64,000 bases of DNA, from positions 40,347 to 104,346 of the IMG/VR virus record IMGVR_UViG_3300030419_007002, one strand, 5' to 3'. Of the stretch, positions 37,431 to 48,000 are shown in pieces. Both the position numbers and the translations under genes were made by a program. This DNA comes from a virus. Below the pieces are notes generated by a model. It made no database searches, was not told the DNA's origin, and saw nothing but the letters and a program-made list of their open reading frames with translations. Within the stretch, counting starts at the first letter, position 1; each line of letters opens with the position of its first letter.

Positions 37431-39071
37431 TTAATTAAATCCTATTTCCCCCGCTCCTCCGCCTTGGTTTATTGGTTTTTTCATAACAAAGACTGAGTTT
37501 TCCCAAGTCGCGTCTCCTATGGGTGTTTGAACCATTATAGAATAAAGCCCAGCGCCCGGATCTGGAGAGCTATCATGCGGGAAGCTAGCTTCCGCGGGAA
37601 GATCGAAAGAGACTACGTCTCCGCCTTCTTCGTCTCCCCCGATGAAGGTTCCCTCCCCGCCGTAAGGATTAGAAGCCTCTCCTTCGTAAGTTATGACTTC
37701 GCTTCCTATTAATTTTATGCCAGTTGCAATACCTAAATTTTTTCCACTTAACACAATCCTACTACCGCCCCGATAAGAGTCTGAGGGCTTAACGTTTATT
37801 GTGCCTTTGTTATATATTTCCGGTAAACCCGGATTAACTATGAATATACCCGTAGAAAAATAAGATCCTCTTCCCGCGTTTTCAGATTTTTTGATATAAA
37901 CTGGTCCGCTTTTCGCCCCCAAGGGTATGGAACCAGTTATTGTTGTGTTATTTATTTTGTTAAATTGAGAATAAACCTCGCTCCTATCATTCGAAGTAAA
38001 ATAAACAGATAGCCCACTGGGGTCCAATATCCTAAAGTATCCACTCCCTCCGTACCCAGTGTTTTTTACATCATAATAATATAATTTATCCGGAGCATCA
38101 TCGTAAAGAGTTAGTTGCGCATAAGGTTGCCACGAGATCCCCGTATGGGAATACCCAGTCACACCAGCGATGCCGTGTTGAGAAAAACCAGAGTAATCAT
38201 ACAAACCAGAAAAAACTCCAGTAGACCCAGTGATTGCGTGTGCACCGTCTACCCTTTCTGAAACCGCAAATGCATTACCCGAGTTTGAGATATGCATGGT
38301 ACTAAAATAGTATGTATGATTTCTAAACAAGGTAATTATCGGGCAGCCATCGGCAATGCCCGTACTATATCCACTGCGTTGAATATAATATTTATTACCT
38401 ACCCCAGAGGATTCGCCCTGATTAACACGAATTTCATATAGATTTCCAGAATCAGAAAAATCAGAAAATAATTCATCGAAAAAATATTGTCCATATATAC
38501 CGACAGAATTACCAGTGTCTCCACTAGTTAAACTAAATCCTGTTATTTTAACTTCTGGAATAAAAAATTGATCATGGTATCCCGTTACGCCAGACTGTCC
38601 GAATAAAGAAATTTTACCATATGTATTTCCAGAGGGTATAGTCAACGTTATTCCCGTATTTGAATCGACAGTTAAATCGCAATTTAAATTGTTTATGGTA
38701 GCCCCAGTTATCCCAGAAAAACAATTACCCGTAACAGAAACCGTTTCTCCAGATATACCAAATATAGGAGCAAAAGAATTGATCCTAGGCGCAGGCACAA
38801 ATTTGTCGATAGTATAACCACTAACGCCGGTGGAAAAACCAGAGGCCCCGCTTATGTCCCCTGACGCGTAGCTAACCAAATTGTCAGATACGAGCCAAAT
38901 GTTATCCCAAGCAGCGTTTTCCGGAACCGTAGTCCTTATTAAATTCTTGTCTATTATTTGAAAATCAGATTCAGCAGAAGAAAATAAAACACGCTCTACG
39001 GGTAACAAATAATCTCCAGATATAGATATCTGATCACCTATGCTGCCGCTAATTTCCCCTAAAGTAATCAT
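37431..39071 (-). CDS. IPT/TIG-like repeat virion protein
   Basis: PRINSFAPIFGISGETVSVTGNCF and similar units; APDKLYY segment; SG/TG-rich. Confidence 0.6.
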   Translation of the reverse strand: MITLGEISGSIGDQISISGDYLLPVERVLFSSAESDFQIIDKNLIRTTVPENAAWDNIWLVSDNLVSYASGDISGASGFSTGVSGYTIDKFVPAPRINSFAPIFGISGETVSVTGNCFSGITGATINNLNCDLTVDSNTGITLTIPSGNTYGKISLFGQSGVTGYHDQFFIPEVKITGFSLTSGDTGNSVGIYGQYFFDELFSDFSDSGNLYEIRVNQGESSGVGNKYYIQRSGYSTGIADGCPIITLFRNHTYYFSTMHISNSGNAFAVSERVDGAHAITGSTGVFSGLYDYSGFSQHGIAGVTGYSHTGISWQPYAQLTLYDDAPDKLYYYDVKNTGYGGSGYFRILDPSGLSVYFTSNDRSEVYSQFNKINNTTITGSIPLGAKSGPVYIKKSENAGRGSYFSTGIFIVNPGLPEIYNKGTINVKPSDSYRGGSRIVLSGKNLGIATGIKLIGSEVITYEGEASNPYGGEGTFIGGDEEGGDVVSFDLPAEASFPHDSSPDPGAGLYSIMVQTPIGDATWENSVFVMKKPINQGGGAGEIGFN

Positions 39072-40285
39072 GATATTTCTCTTTGCTTTACGTAGAGAAT
39101 TTTAGAATTAGATGGCCCGCCTATACCGTAAGCCCTGACCAATGCACGAGCATCAGCGGTCCAACCACGACTACGGCGGTGAATATCTTCTGGAATTTTT
39201 ACATATTGTATTTCAGATTCTTTTACGGCCCCGCTTATATCTGCATTAGAACCATTCATTTCTATTTCAGAGACAGTATCTAAACCAATACCATGTATAG
39301 TAATATATTCTCCCGGGTATACAAAATCTTTCGTTCCCGTGACAGAAAAATAAGTTATGCTAGGCGCTCTACCCACTGTAGACTGAGAAATATTTAATCT
39401 ACCCCCTACTTTACTATTTGGCTCTACCGAGTAACTCTTGTCTGTCAACTTACCAGATATTAAAAACTCATCATGTAAATTACCGTTAAAGTCATGGGTC
39501 TTTAAGCACAGGTTGACATGTTCACCAGAGTAAGGAATTTTTATCCCTGTGTCATTAGTATCTATAGTAAGATTTATATTCTTTTCTCCGAACCTTATTT
39601 CTTTAGGGTATATTTCTCCCACCCTTAAGCATGGTTCCACTGAGGATTCGAAGGAATAATCTAGGCCAAGGATATTGTCAGTAGTAATGCCGATGGGCTC
39701 GTCATAATAAAAATTATCTATAGTTAAGTCATCGTATTTTAGAAACTCTACTTCTTTTGGTAAAACATTATTTTCGCCATCTAAAACAACTGTCGATTCT
39801 TCTATTCCATGAAAAAAAGATATACTTGCTTTAACATCAATAGGGGTATTAGGTCTAGCGCTTAAAGAGTAAGATGTTAGATATCCACTTCTTATTATGT
39901 TTTCACCTATTTTGAAGGTCATGTTCGGAAACCCATCAAAATTTAAATTCTTATATAAAGGAAACGATGCATCGTCACTATTACCAATTTTTTCTTTTTC
40001 ATTTAAAAAATAATATTTTTTTAATGGATCCTGTCCAGTCAGAAGATAGCTTAATTGTATACTTCCCCTAGGGCTAGTATTAGCTAGCGGTTCTTCTGGA
40101 CTCCTTCTTTCAGTTAAATAAGAATTACTTAAGGAAACGCTATTAGAAATTTCTACAGAAGTTGCATATATGTGCTCTAACGGATAATCACCCTGCTGCT
40201 CCCAGCGGTCAATATCCCACCAAGGTTGATGCAAAGATGGCGCAAAAAATACCTTTACATCTTTAGATTGTAAATATTTACCCAT
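39068..40285 (-). CDS. Putative tail tube-like structural protein with C-terminal IPT-like domain
   Basis: GYLTSYSLSA..N.PI...ASI beta pattern resembling tube proteins; PSITYF...PGEYITIHG. Confidence 0.45.
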   Translation of the reverse strand: MGKYLQSKDVKVFFAPSLHQPWWDIDRWEQQGDYPLEHIYATSVEISNSVSLSNSYLTERRSPEEPLANTSPRGSIQLSYLLTGQDPLKKYYFLNEKEKIGNSDDASFPLYKNLNFDGFPNMTFKIGENIIRSGYLTSYSLSARPNTPIDVKASISFFHGIEESTVVLDGENNVLPKEVEFLKYDDLTIDNFYYDEPIGITTDNILGLDYSFESSVEPCLRVGEIYPKEIRFGEKNINLTIDTNDTGIKIPYSGEHVNLCLKTHDFNGNLHDEFLISGKLTDKSYSVEPNSKVGGRLNISQSTVGRAPSITYFSVTGTKDFVYPGEYITIHGIGLDTVSEIEMNGSNADISGAVKESEIQYVKIPEDIHRRSRGWTADARALVRAYGIGGPSNSKILYVKQREIS

Positions 40286-40315
40286 TAATTCCTTATTCCT
40301 TGATATTAATTACAC
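40286..40315 (-). promoter_or_regulatory. Conserved leader motif (putative late promoter + tandem AGG)
   Basis: Minus strand GTGTAATTAATATCAAGGAATAAGGAATTA-ATG. Confidence 0.6.
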
Positions 40316-41140
40316 CTATAGCTTGTATACTTCCTTGCTAAGAAGCTTATATTCTGCCCATAATTTATCTCTAACCCCCGGGTCCTCGTTAAAAGAAAGG
40401 CTCCCCTTTCTCCTAAAGTAAGTATAAGTTTCTACACCGTTAGCTGGACAAGCAAATATGCCAGCCTTATGCATCTCTTCCCACAGCAGAAGATCTTCAT
40501 GAGCCATTAAACCTTCATGAAATAATTTTCCGTCCTCTGGTATAAGGGATTCGTGCATGAGAGTTGCCCAAGGGCCGAACCTTTTATTCATCACGTTTTT
40601 TTTTGCTTGGTGAGTAGTCCTAATCCATTCTTTTGGGGTTTCGGCCTCTATAGTGTAGTCTCCTACTACAAATTTTTTATTATGTTTTTTAGCGAAACTT
40701 ATTAATCCCCTAGCTTTTCCATCGTGAACCTCGTCATCTGCATCGCAAAGCAATATAGCTGGATAATCTTTTCTATAATGATTTATTTCTTTAATTATTC
40801 TATTTTTTGCCTGTGCGGCGCTCTCCGCTTTGCTAAAATAATGGGATTCAAAAACGTCTGCACTACAATATTTTTTATTATGATCTATTCTATCTTGAGT
40901 TTCGTCTGTCGAGCCGTCATTTGCCAACAGAAAAACCCAATTTAAGCCACTCATGGACCGTTCTACGCTTTCCAAAGCTCTGGTCAACCACTCGTTAGCG
41001 TTATGGGCAGACATCACCACCTGAAAGCCTGTATTTTTCCATAGTTGTTCGGGGGCATTTTTATTTAAGTTTATAAATTTTTTATGCCTGTCTATTAGAG
41101 TTTCTTCGGGTTTTCTAGGCTTCTTCAGTACATGAGCCAT
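40316..41140 (-). CDS. Glycosyltransferase family 2
   Basis: VVMSAHN, ANDGSTD, AKN, LCDADD, HED. Confidence 0.85.
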   Translation of the reverse strand: MAHVLKKPRKPEETLIDRHKKFINLNKNAPEQLWKNTGFQVVMSAHNANEWLTRALESVERSMSGLNWVFLLANDGSTDETQDRIDHNKKYCSADVFESHYFSKAESAAQAKNRIIKEINHYRKDYPAILLCDADDEVHDGKARGLISFAKKHNKKFVVGDYTIEAETPKEWIRTTHQAKKNVMNKRFGPWATLMHESLIPEDGKLFHEGLMAHEDLLLWEEMHKAGIFACPANGVETYTYFRRKGSLSFNEDPGVRDKLWAEYKLLSKEVYKL

Positions 41141-41180
41141 ATTGAATATTACATTGTTTTCTGATCTAAAGCCAATAAAA

Positions 41181-41209
41181 GTGTAAATAAAATAAGGAAA
41201 AAGGAAAAA
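41181..41209 (+). promoter_or_regulatory. Conserved leader motif (putative late promoter + tandem AGG)
   Basis: GTGTAAATAAAATAAGGAAAAAGGAAAAA-GTG. Confidence 0.6.
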
Positions 41210-41779
41210 GTGCCATCTATATACGACATACCTAATTGGGTCTATTCAGCGACCCAGACATATGAGAAAAACTCTATAGTTTATTATCATATTGGGACTG
41301 CTGCAGAGAAAGAAGACCCCTATCATCCTAATGGCAAATATTATTATGCATCCGAATATTTAGACAAACATAATAATTGGAACCCAGTAGAATCACAGGG
41401 CAGGGCGTATTGGTACGGAAGGACGATCATGAATAATTTGAATATGCCTCATTTTTTTTGGTCGCCCTCTTATTCTGCCACGGTCTCTATGCAGCCAGCA
41501 AATAAAAGCATAGTGTTTGGGGACGGATACGAACAGAGTTCGTCAGAAAGCTTATCTGATCCACTCCTTATGCTAAACCTCAAATTTGAAAATAGGGATG
41601 ACTATGAAGCTGCTGCTATAAATCATTTTTTAGATAATGCTGGAGGAATTCAAAAATTTGTCTTTAGAGCTCCTCGCCCGTTTTCATCTAGAAAGGTTTT
41701 TGTATGTAGGGATTGGTCCAGTTCGTACACCTACAAAAACAATCATTCGATATCTGCTACATTCGAGGAGGTAATATAA
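41210..41779 (+). CDS. Lambda gpM-like minor (distal) tail protein, copy 1
   Basis: F.WSPSY, FGDGYEQ, LNLKFENR, I.HFL...G...F.F..P, FVCRDW, ISATFEEV. Confidence 0.8.
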   Translation: MPSIYDIPNWVYSATQTYEKNSIVYYHIGTAAEKEDPYHPNGKYYYASEYLDKHNNWNPVESQGRAYWYGRTIMNNLNMPHFFWSPSYSATVSMQPANKSIVFGDGYEQSSSESLSDPLLMLNLKFENRDDYEAAAINHFLDNAGGIQKFVFRAPRPFSSRKVFVCRDWSSSYTYKNNHSISATFEEVI

Positions 41780-42366
41780 TGTCGTCATCGATATATAATA
41801 TAGAAACTTGGGATGGAGATAGAAATTATAATCCTAATGATATAGTTGAAAAAAACGGTCACTATTATTACGCGAAACAGCACATTGTTAGCTGTAGTAC
41901 GTGCGAACCCCATCATAACGATGGGGAATGGGCGGGATATATTAAATCAAAAAATGATTGGCGCCCGCATTTTACTTGGATTCCCTCTTACGATTCATCA
42001 ATTAATTTTAAACCAAGGGCAAGGAGAGTAAGATACGGAGATTCATCAGTAGAGCAAAGACTAAAGGACGGCCTAAATACAGATTTAATAAGCTTAAATT
42101 TAAAATTTGATAAAAGAGAAATAAATGAATCAACTGCTATATTGCACTTCCTTCATAAACGAGCCGCACAGGAACCATTTGTTTTTGATCCTCCAGCACC
42201 ATTTAATTTTCCAGATGGCGCCGGAGGGATGAGCAACAATACAAAACATTATAGAATCTTTTTGTGCAAAGATTGGTCGAGTACTTATAATTTTCATGAT
42301 AATTATACCATTTCTGCCACCTTTACAGAAATAGCAAATTACCATAACAAGGGGGCAATATTATAA
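41779..42366 (+). CDS. Lambda gpM-like minor (distal) tail protein, copy 2
   Basis: TAATG-coupled start at 41779; FTWIPSY, YGD..EQR..DGLN, LNLKFDKR, FLCKDW, ISATFTE. Confidence 0.8.
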   Translation: MSSSIYNIETWDGDRNYNPNDIVEKNGHYYYAKQHIVSCSTCEPHHNDGEWAGYIKSKNDWRPHFTWIPSYDSSINFKPRARRVRYGDSSVEQRLKDGLNTDLISLNLKFDKREINESTAILHFLHKRAAQEPFVFDPPAPFNFPDGAGGMSNNTKHYRIFLCKDWSSTYNFHDNYTISATFTEIANYHNKGAIL

Positions 42367-42367
42367 A

Positions 42368-43672
42368 ATGAACAAACAAGAGGCAAAAGTTGCATCCAAA
42401 AGAATACGCGAGGAATCTTCTAAGCTTAACCACGCACCCTTGGTTACTCTTTTCGAGATAGATCTTTCAGAAATAGCTATTGACGAAACCCTATCTAGAA
42501 ATTTAAGGTTAGCATCGGCCACTCAAGCTTTAGCTGCTGTGCCGGATATGATATTTCGTTTTCATAATAATATGAGTTTACTAAAACCAACGGTGGGAGC
42601 AGGAGCAGTAATCGCTCCCCCCATATGGTTTGGGGGAGTAAAATACGTAGCCGCACCGATACAGGCGTCCGGCTTTGAGGTCAGCACAAAAGGTACATTA
42701 CCTAGGCCAAAGTTGAGCTTGACAGTAAACACAGAAGGGGTAGAATTTATTTCTATTTTAAAAAACCTAATGAAAGATTTGGGGGATTTATCGAACGCTA
42801 AGGTCACAAGGATCAGAACTTTTTCAAAATATTTAGACTACCAAAATTTTTATGTCACAAATGGGGATGGAAGCAAGGCTACCCCAGAAAGAACTATTGT
42901 AGAAAGAATTCCAGATGACTTGACTCCTGACCCCAATGCTACATTGCCGAAGGACATTTATTATATAGACAGAAAATCTATGGAAGATAAACAGTCTCTT
43001 GAATTTGAATTGTCTTCTATTTTAGAGCTAGACGGCATGGTTCTACCCTCTAGGCTCATGGCTCAGAGAAGGTGTACATTTAATTACAGAGGCGAAGGTT
43101 GTTGTTACGAATACGGACAAGATAATAATGATAACCAATGCTTTAGCGTAGCAGATTGGAAAAAAATCCATAGATCAACGGGGGCGTCTCATGAATTAAA
43201 TCTCCCAAATCTCGCCCCGCCAATGGCTAATGAAAAAGACGAACTGCTAGGTGGGAGTAAGGGGGTTGTGCGGAATAAAAAAACAGACAGCGGCGGAAAT
43301 GATATCAGCGATGATTTTTATGTTTCAAATAGTAACACCAACAAGCCAAACTGCTGGAAAAAGAACACGGTGTATCCGCCCAAGAGTGCAGTTTATATAA
43401 ATGTAGCTGGAATTAATTATTACTATGTAGCAAAATTTTGGGACTGTGATGCCGATGGTAACAACTGCGGCAACACAAGCGTCCCATCGAACGAACCCCC
43501 GCCTAATACTAAATACTGGGAACCCGACGTTTGCTCCAAAACGATAAAAGGATGTAAAATAAGATGGAATGCAGGTACGCCAGCAGGTATGTCATCTAGT
43601 AATCCATTTAAAGGGAGCGCGGGCGTTCATTTACCCTTTGGGGGTTGGCCCGGAATAAATAGAAAAGCATAA
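42368..43672 (+). CDS. Lambda gpL-like minor tail protein
   Basis: LFEIDL, PIQASGFE...GTLPRPKL, VTRIRT..KYLD..NF, FELSS, C..YRG..C, DVCSK...GC..R, PFGG.P (Fe-S cysteines). Confidence 0.9.
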   Translation: MNKQEAKVASKRIREESSKLNHAPLVTLFEIDLSEIAIDETLSRNLRLASATQALAAVPDMIFRFHNNMSLLKPTVGAGAVIAPPIWFGGVKYVAAPIQASGFEVSTKGTLPRPKLSLTVNTEGVEFISILKNLMKDLGDLSNAKVTRIRTFSKYLDYQNFYVTNGDGSKATPERTIVERIPDDLTPDPNATLPKDIYYIDRKSMEDKQSLEFELSSILELDGMVLPSRLMAQRRCTFNYRGEGCCYEYGQDNNDNQCFSVADWKKIHRSTGASHELNLPNLAPPMANEKDELLGGSKGVVRNKKTDSGGNDISDDFYVSNSNTNKPNCWKKNTVYPPKSAVYINVAGINYYYVAKFWDCDADGNNCGNTSVPSNEPPPNTKYWEPDVCSKTIKGCKIRWNAGTPAGMSSSNPFKGSAGVHLPFGGWPGINRKA

Positions 43673-44389
43673 ATGATTTTACACAGAAACATTAAAGATA
43701 AAATCAAGGACTACTCCCTTAGGGAAAGCCCAAATGAATGCTGTGGTCTTATTGTTAATGATCAATCTAAGGGTGATATAGTTTTTTTATGTAAAAATAT
43801 ATCAGATAACCCTAGAGTTCATTTCGAAATAGACACGAAGGATTATTTAAGGGCGAGCCAATTAGGGGAAATAGTTGCCGTTTTTCATTCGCACGTGAAT
43901 GGAGATAGTCAATTCTCAGAGCTAGACAAGCAGGTCAGCAATGGGTTAGAAATTCAGTCTATACTTTACTCCGTAAAAGAAAATAAATTTAATGTATATT
44001 ATCCTAACGATTATACAAATGAGTATGTGGGAAGAAAATTTGAAATAGGAAAATCTGATTGCTTTTCTGTAATGAGAGATTTCTTTATGAAAGAATTAAA
44101 CATTTTTGTAAATAATTATCACAGAGATCAAGACTGGCAAAAGAAAACTCCTCACATATATGATCATAGTTATGAAAAAGAGGGGTTTATAAAGGTAGAG
44201 GATGGAACATTGAAAAAATATGATTGCATTTTATTTAAGTTTTTAAAAAATACAGAACATATAGCAGTTTATTTAGGCGATGATTTAATATTACATCAAC
44301 CCAGAGGAAAAGAATCATTAATAGAAAAATATTCCCCCTCTCTCGAGAGGAGAAAAAGTTACATCATAAGACATAGGAGTCTAGCATGA
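43673..44389 (+). CDS. Lambda gpK-like tail assembly protein (JAB/MPN + NlpC/P60)
   Basis: PNECCG, HSH....S..D; GR.F..G..DC, H.AVYLG...LH. Confidence 0.9.
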   Translation: MILHRNIKDKIKDYSLRESPNECCGLIVNDQSKGDIVFLCKNISDNPRVHFEIDTKDYLRASQLGEIVAVFHSHVNGDSQFSELDKQVSNGLEIQSILYSVKENKFNVYYPNDYTNEYVGRKFEIGKSDCFSVMRDFFMKELNIFVNNYHRDQDWQKKTPHIYDHSYEKEGFIKVEDGTLKKYDCILFKFLKNTEHIAVYLGDDLILHQPRGKESLIEKYSPSLERRKSYIIRHRSLA

Positions 44390-45054
44390 AAAGCAATTTA
44401 ACAAAAATAAAACTTCACGGAAAACTCGGCAAGCAGGTGGGTAAAAATTTTAATTTATCTATCGGTAGCGTAAGCGAAGCCATGCATGCGGTAGATATTT
44501 GCTCTGGAAGAAAACTTTATAAAAACTTAATCGAAAACGACAAAAAAAATATAAAGTATCGAGTCCTAGTTAATGGAAAAGATATAATAGACCAAGACAA
44601 AACCCCCCTCGATCCGAATAAGCCGAACACAATAAGAGATTCAGACATAACATTAAATAGAAAAAATATAAAAAGCATAGATATAATACCCGTCGTAGAA
44701 GGAGCAGACTCCGGCTTTTGGGAAACTGCATTAGTTGTAGTAGGGGCAATACTTTTTATCGGTGGTATGTTTTATGGTTGGGGCGTTGCGACAGCAATGT
44801 TGGGGTCAGGGCTTTTACTACAAGGCATAAGTTCTATGATGATGGACCCGCCAGAGTTTGACGATTTTAGAGAGATTGAACAAGTAAATAAAAGATCTTC
44901 ATATCTTTTCAACGGACCCCAAAACACCGTAAATGAAGGAGGCCCAATTCCTGTTTTGTATGGCAGGCTTTTGATAGGGTCACAGACAGTAGGGGCGTCT
45001 TACGATATCCAATACGTGGACGCAGAAGAAGAAGGAAGTAATATAACCACATAA
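44386..45054 (+). CDS. Lambda gpI-like tail assembly protein
   Basis: IKLHGKLG, IDIIPVVEGA, hydrophobic segment, SYLFNGPQNT..EG.PIPVLYGRLLIGS. Confidence 0.9.
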   Translation: MKSNLTKIKLHGKLGKQVGKNFNLSIGSVSEAMHAVDICSGRKLYKNLIENDKKNIKYRVLVNGKDIIDQDKTPLDPNKPNTIRDSDITLNRKNIKSIDIIPVVEGADSGFWETALVVVGAILFIGGMFYGWGVATAMLGSGLLLQGISSMMMDPPEFDDFREIEQVNKRSSYLFNGPQNTVNEGGPIPVLYGRLLIGSQTVGASYDIQYVDAEEEGSNITT

Positions 45055-45060
45055 AATATT

Positions 45061-48000
45061 ATGGCAGAAGCACACGAAGGCGTAAAAGTTAATGGAGTAA
45101 AAAGCTATTCTGTGACAAGAATAGATACTCTTGATCTTCTTTCCGAAGGCCCGATAGAAGGCCTAGTAAGTGGAGAGCACACCTTCAAATCAGAAGAAGG
45201 AAAAATTGGATACACTCCCGACACCAGCCTAGGCGTAAGTGGTTATAAATATCAATCATGGGGAGGTGGCACATTAAACCCGAAAGGGGTATTGAGGTCT
45301 ATATACTGGAACCAAATGCCAATTGTAGATACGCAGGGTCTAGCAAACTTTCAAGATTTTACATGCGTAGATACGGAAGGATATCCTAATGGTAACCTAG
45401 ATTCCGGTGGGGGATCCAGACCAGAAACTACCAGAACCACCGCTATAAACGAAAGGCTAAGAGGACCTACTATAAGAGACGGAAAAAAAACTGGGGCAGT
45501 TTTCCCCAAGTATTATAGGATTCTCAATCCAGAGAGCGATAAAGCTCAAGTTAATATAAAATTAAATAGCCTCTTTAGAATAGAAAGAGATGAGCCGCAT
45601 GAATTTGGAGAACAAAAAGATACCTCTGTTCAGATAGCAATTTACTTTAAACCAATATTTTCAGACGGAACAGCTGAAGGCGTAAGCCACTATGCCCCAA
45701 CAGAAGGCGCGGTAAAAACAATCGAAGGCAGAGTAACTCACGGCTTTATTAGAAGCTATGAGATAACTTTACAGTATAAAGATTCTAATGGAAATGATTT
45801 AACAGATAATAATAACTTTTTGGGGTGGGAAATAAAAATAGAAAGACTCACGGGTGAATCTGAGACCGGTGACGTAAGGGACATCACAACTGTAGATTCA
45901 ATAACAGAAATATATGGATTAAAATTTGCCTATCCAAACTCAGCGATGGTTTCATCTAAATTTCAAGGCGAATACTTTAGCTCCATACCAGAAAGAGCAT
46001 TCGAAGCAAAAGGTATAAAAGTAAAAATACCCAGTAATTATGATCCAATAATGAAAAATTACGCCACCCCTCCAACCGCAAATGAAGCGGTTTGGAACGG
46101 GCTTTTCAAAGGGGAAATTACGGCTGGAGACGGCAACCATGAATTGCACTATACAGATAATCCAGCTTGGATTTTTTATGACCTTATAACTAACAGAAGA
46201 TACGGATTGGGAAAAACTGTAAGCCCGAACCTTATAGATAAATGGACTTTATATGAGATAGCAAGGTATTGCGACGAAATGGTTCCCGATGGCTTCGGTG
46301 GTTTTGAACCGAGGTTTGTATGCAATATGTATATAACCACCAGAGCAGAAGCGCATAAAGTTGTTAATGATATAGCATCTATTTTTAGGGGAATGGTATA
46401 TTATGCTGGAGGGAGCATATTCGCAGTGCAGGATTCTCCAAAAGAACCTGTTTTCCAATTTACAAATGCGAATGTAGAAGACGGAAACTTCAATTACCAA
46501 AACAGTAGCACGAAAGTAAGGCACACCTCAGCAGTCATAAGATATAATGATAAAACTAATTTCTATAGACCGGCCATAGAGTATGTAGAAGACGTAGACG
46601 GAATAAGAAAGTATGGTATAAGAGAAACTGAAATGTCAGCATTCGGCTGCACAAGCAGGGGTCAAGCTTCTAGATTGGGTAGATGGCTTTTGTTTACAGA
46701 AAATCTAGAAACAGAGAGCGTCACTTTTACAGCAGGGCTAGAGTCTACATTTTTAAAACCCGGAGACGTATTCGCTGTTTCTGATTCTAACAGAAATTCG
46801 AACAGGAGAGCCGGTAGACTAGCAGCAACACATGTCGGAACACATTCAGACGGAAGTGTTAGAACTACTTTAGTTTTTGACTCAAAAAAAGGAGATATAG
46901 ATTATACAATAGACCCTAATAGAATTTATAAATTATCTGTACTTACCCCCAGTTATCACTACGACCCCTCTATGTACGACGTAACTACTAGTGAAGATAT
47001 ACCAGACATAAGAAGGTCACAACTGCAATCTTGTCATTTTACGGGTAGCCAAATCGTTGCGGGAAATACGATTTATAGTACTGATTATTTTAATAATGAC
47101 GCAATACAATTATACACAGGCTTTAACACAGTAGATTATAAGCTAGATAAAGACTGTATTTGGATGATAGAGCCGGAGGGGACGAACTACAATGTTTCTG
47201 ATTTTGAAGAGTCTTTCACCACTGCTAGTAAATACAGAGTAGTTTCTATAAATGAAGTAGAACCTAATAAGTTCAGCATCGCTGGCGTAGAATATAAAGA
47301 TCAAAAATACTCATCGGTAGAGAAGGGTATAAGCTTTGACGACACAAACGTAGTTTTTACTCCGGGGCACCCCGGAGGAATAACAACCGTCGAACATACG
47401 CCTTGTCAAGATTGTCATACCAAAATAATAAGATACACGATAACACATTGTAGCTCTAATGCAAATCACACATGCAGAAAAGGATTAAATACATATTACG
47501 TATATTCAAAATACGCGGGAAACGGTAGCCAAGCTGAGAAATGGAAAGCCAGAGATTTCCTTACAAGATACAGCCTTTCTCAATTAGGGGCAGCTAGCGA
47601 GGATTCAGATATTACAGATGACAGTTTTATACCAGACGCTAAATATCTCATAGGTACTCCCGCTTGGAATGTACAACAAGGTAATCACCATGGAAGTTTT
47701 GTTCCAAGCCAAGAGGGGCATTACCAATTTAAAGCATTTGCGGTTAATGCTCATGGCACACATTCTTCTAGAAGTGCAAATACATCAAGGCACGTAGATA
47801 ATGTGCGCCCAGTCGAAGACGTTACAATTAATTCGTTAGCCTTTAGCGAAGATACTGACACAAATGCAGCTGGACAAGTAGTAGCAGATTGTGCGAAAAA
47901 AGAACCGCCGAATGACCCAACTAATGGATTAGGCTTTTCTTGGCTTGCGCAAATAGCAGATGGTTCATCTTTTAGCAGTAGCCTTTCGTATAGAATAACA

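Noticed and set aside
41713-41778. N-terminal extension of the second gpM given by the ORF track
   Set aside because: Overlaps the first gpM; ATG at 41779 is TAATG-coupled, has GAGGAGG upstream and aligns with the paralogue start
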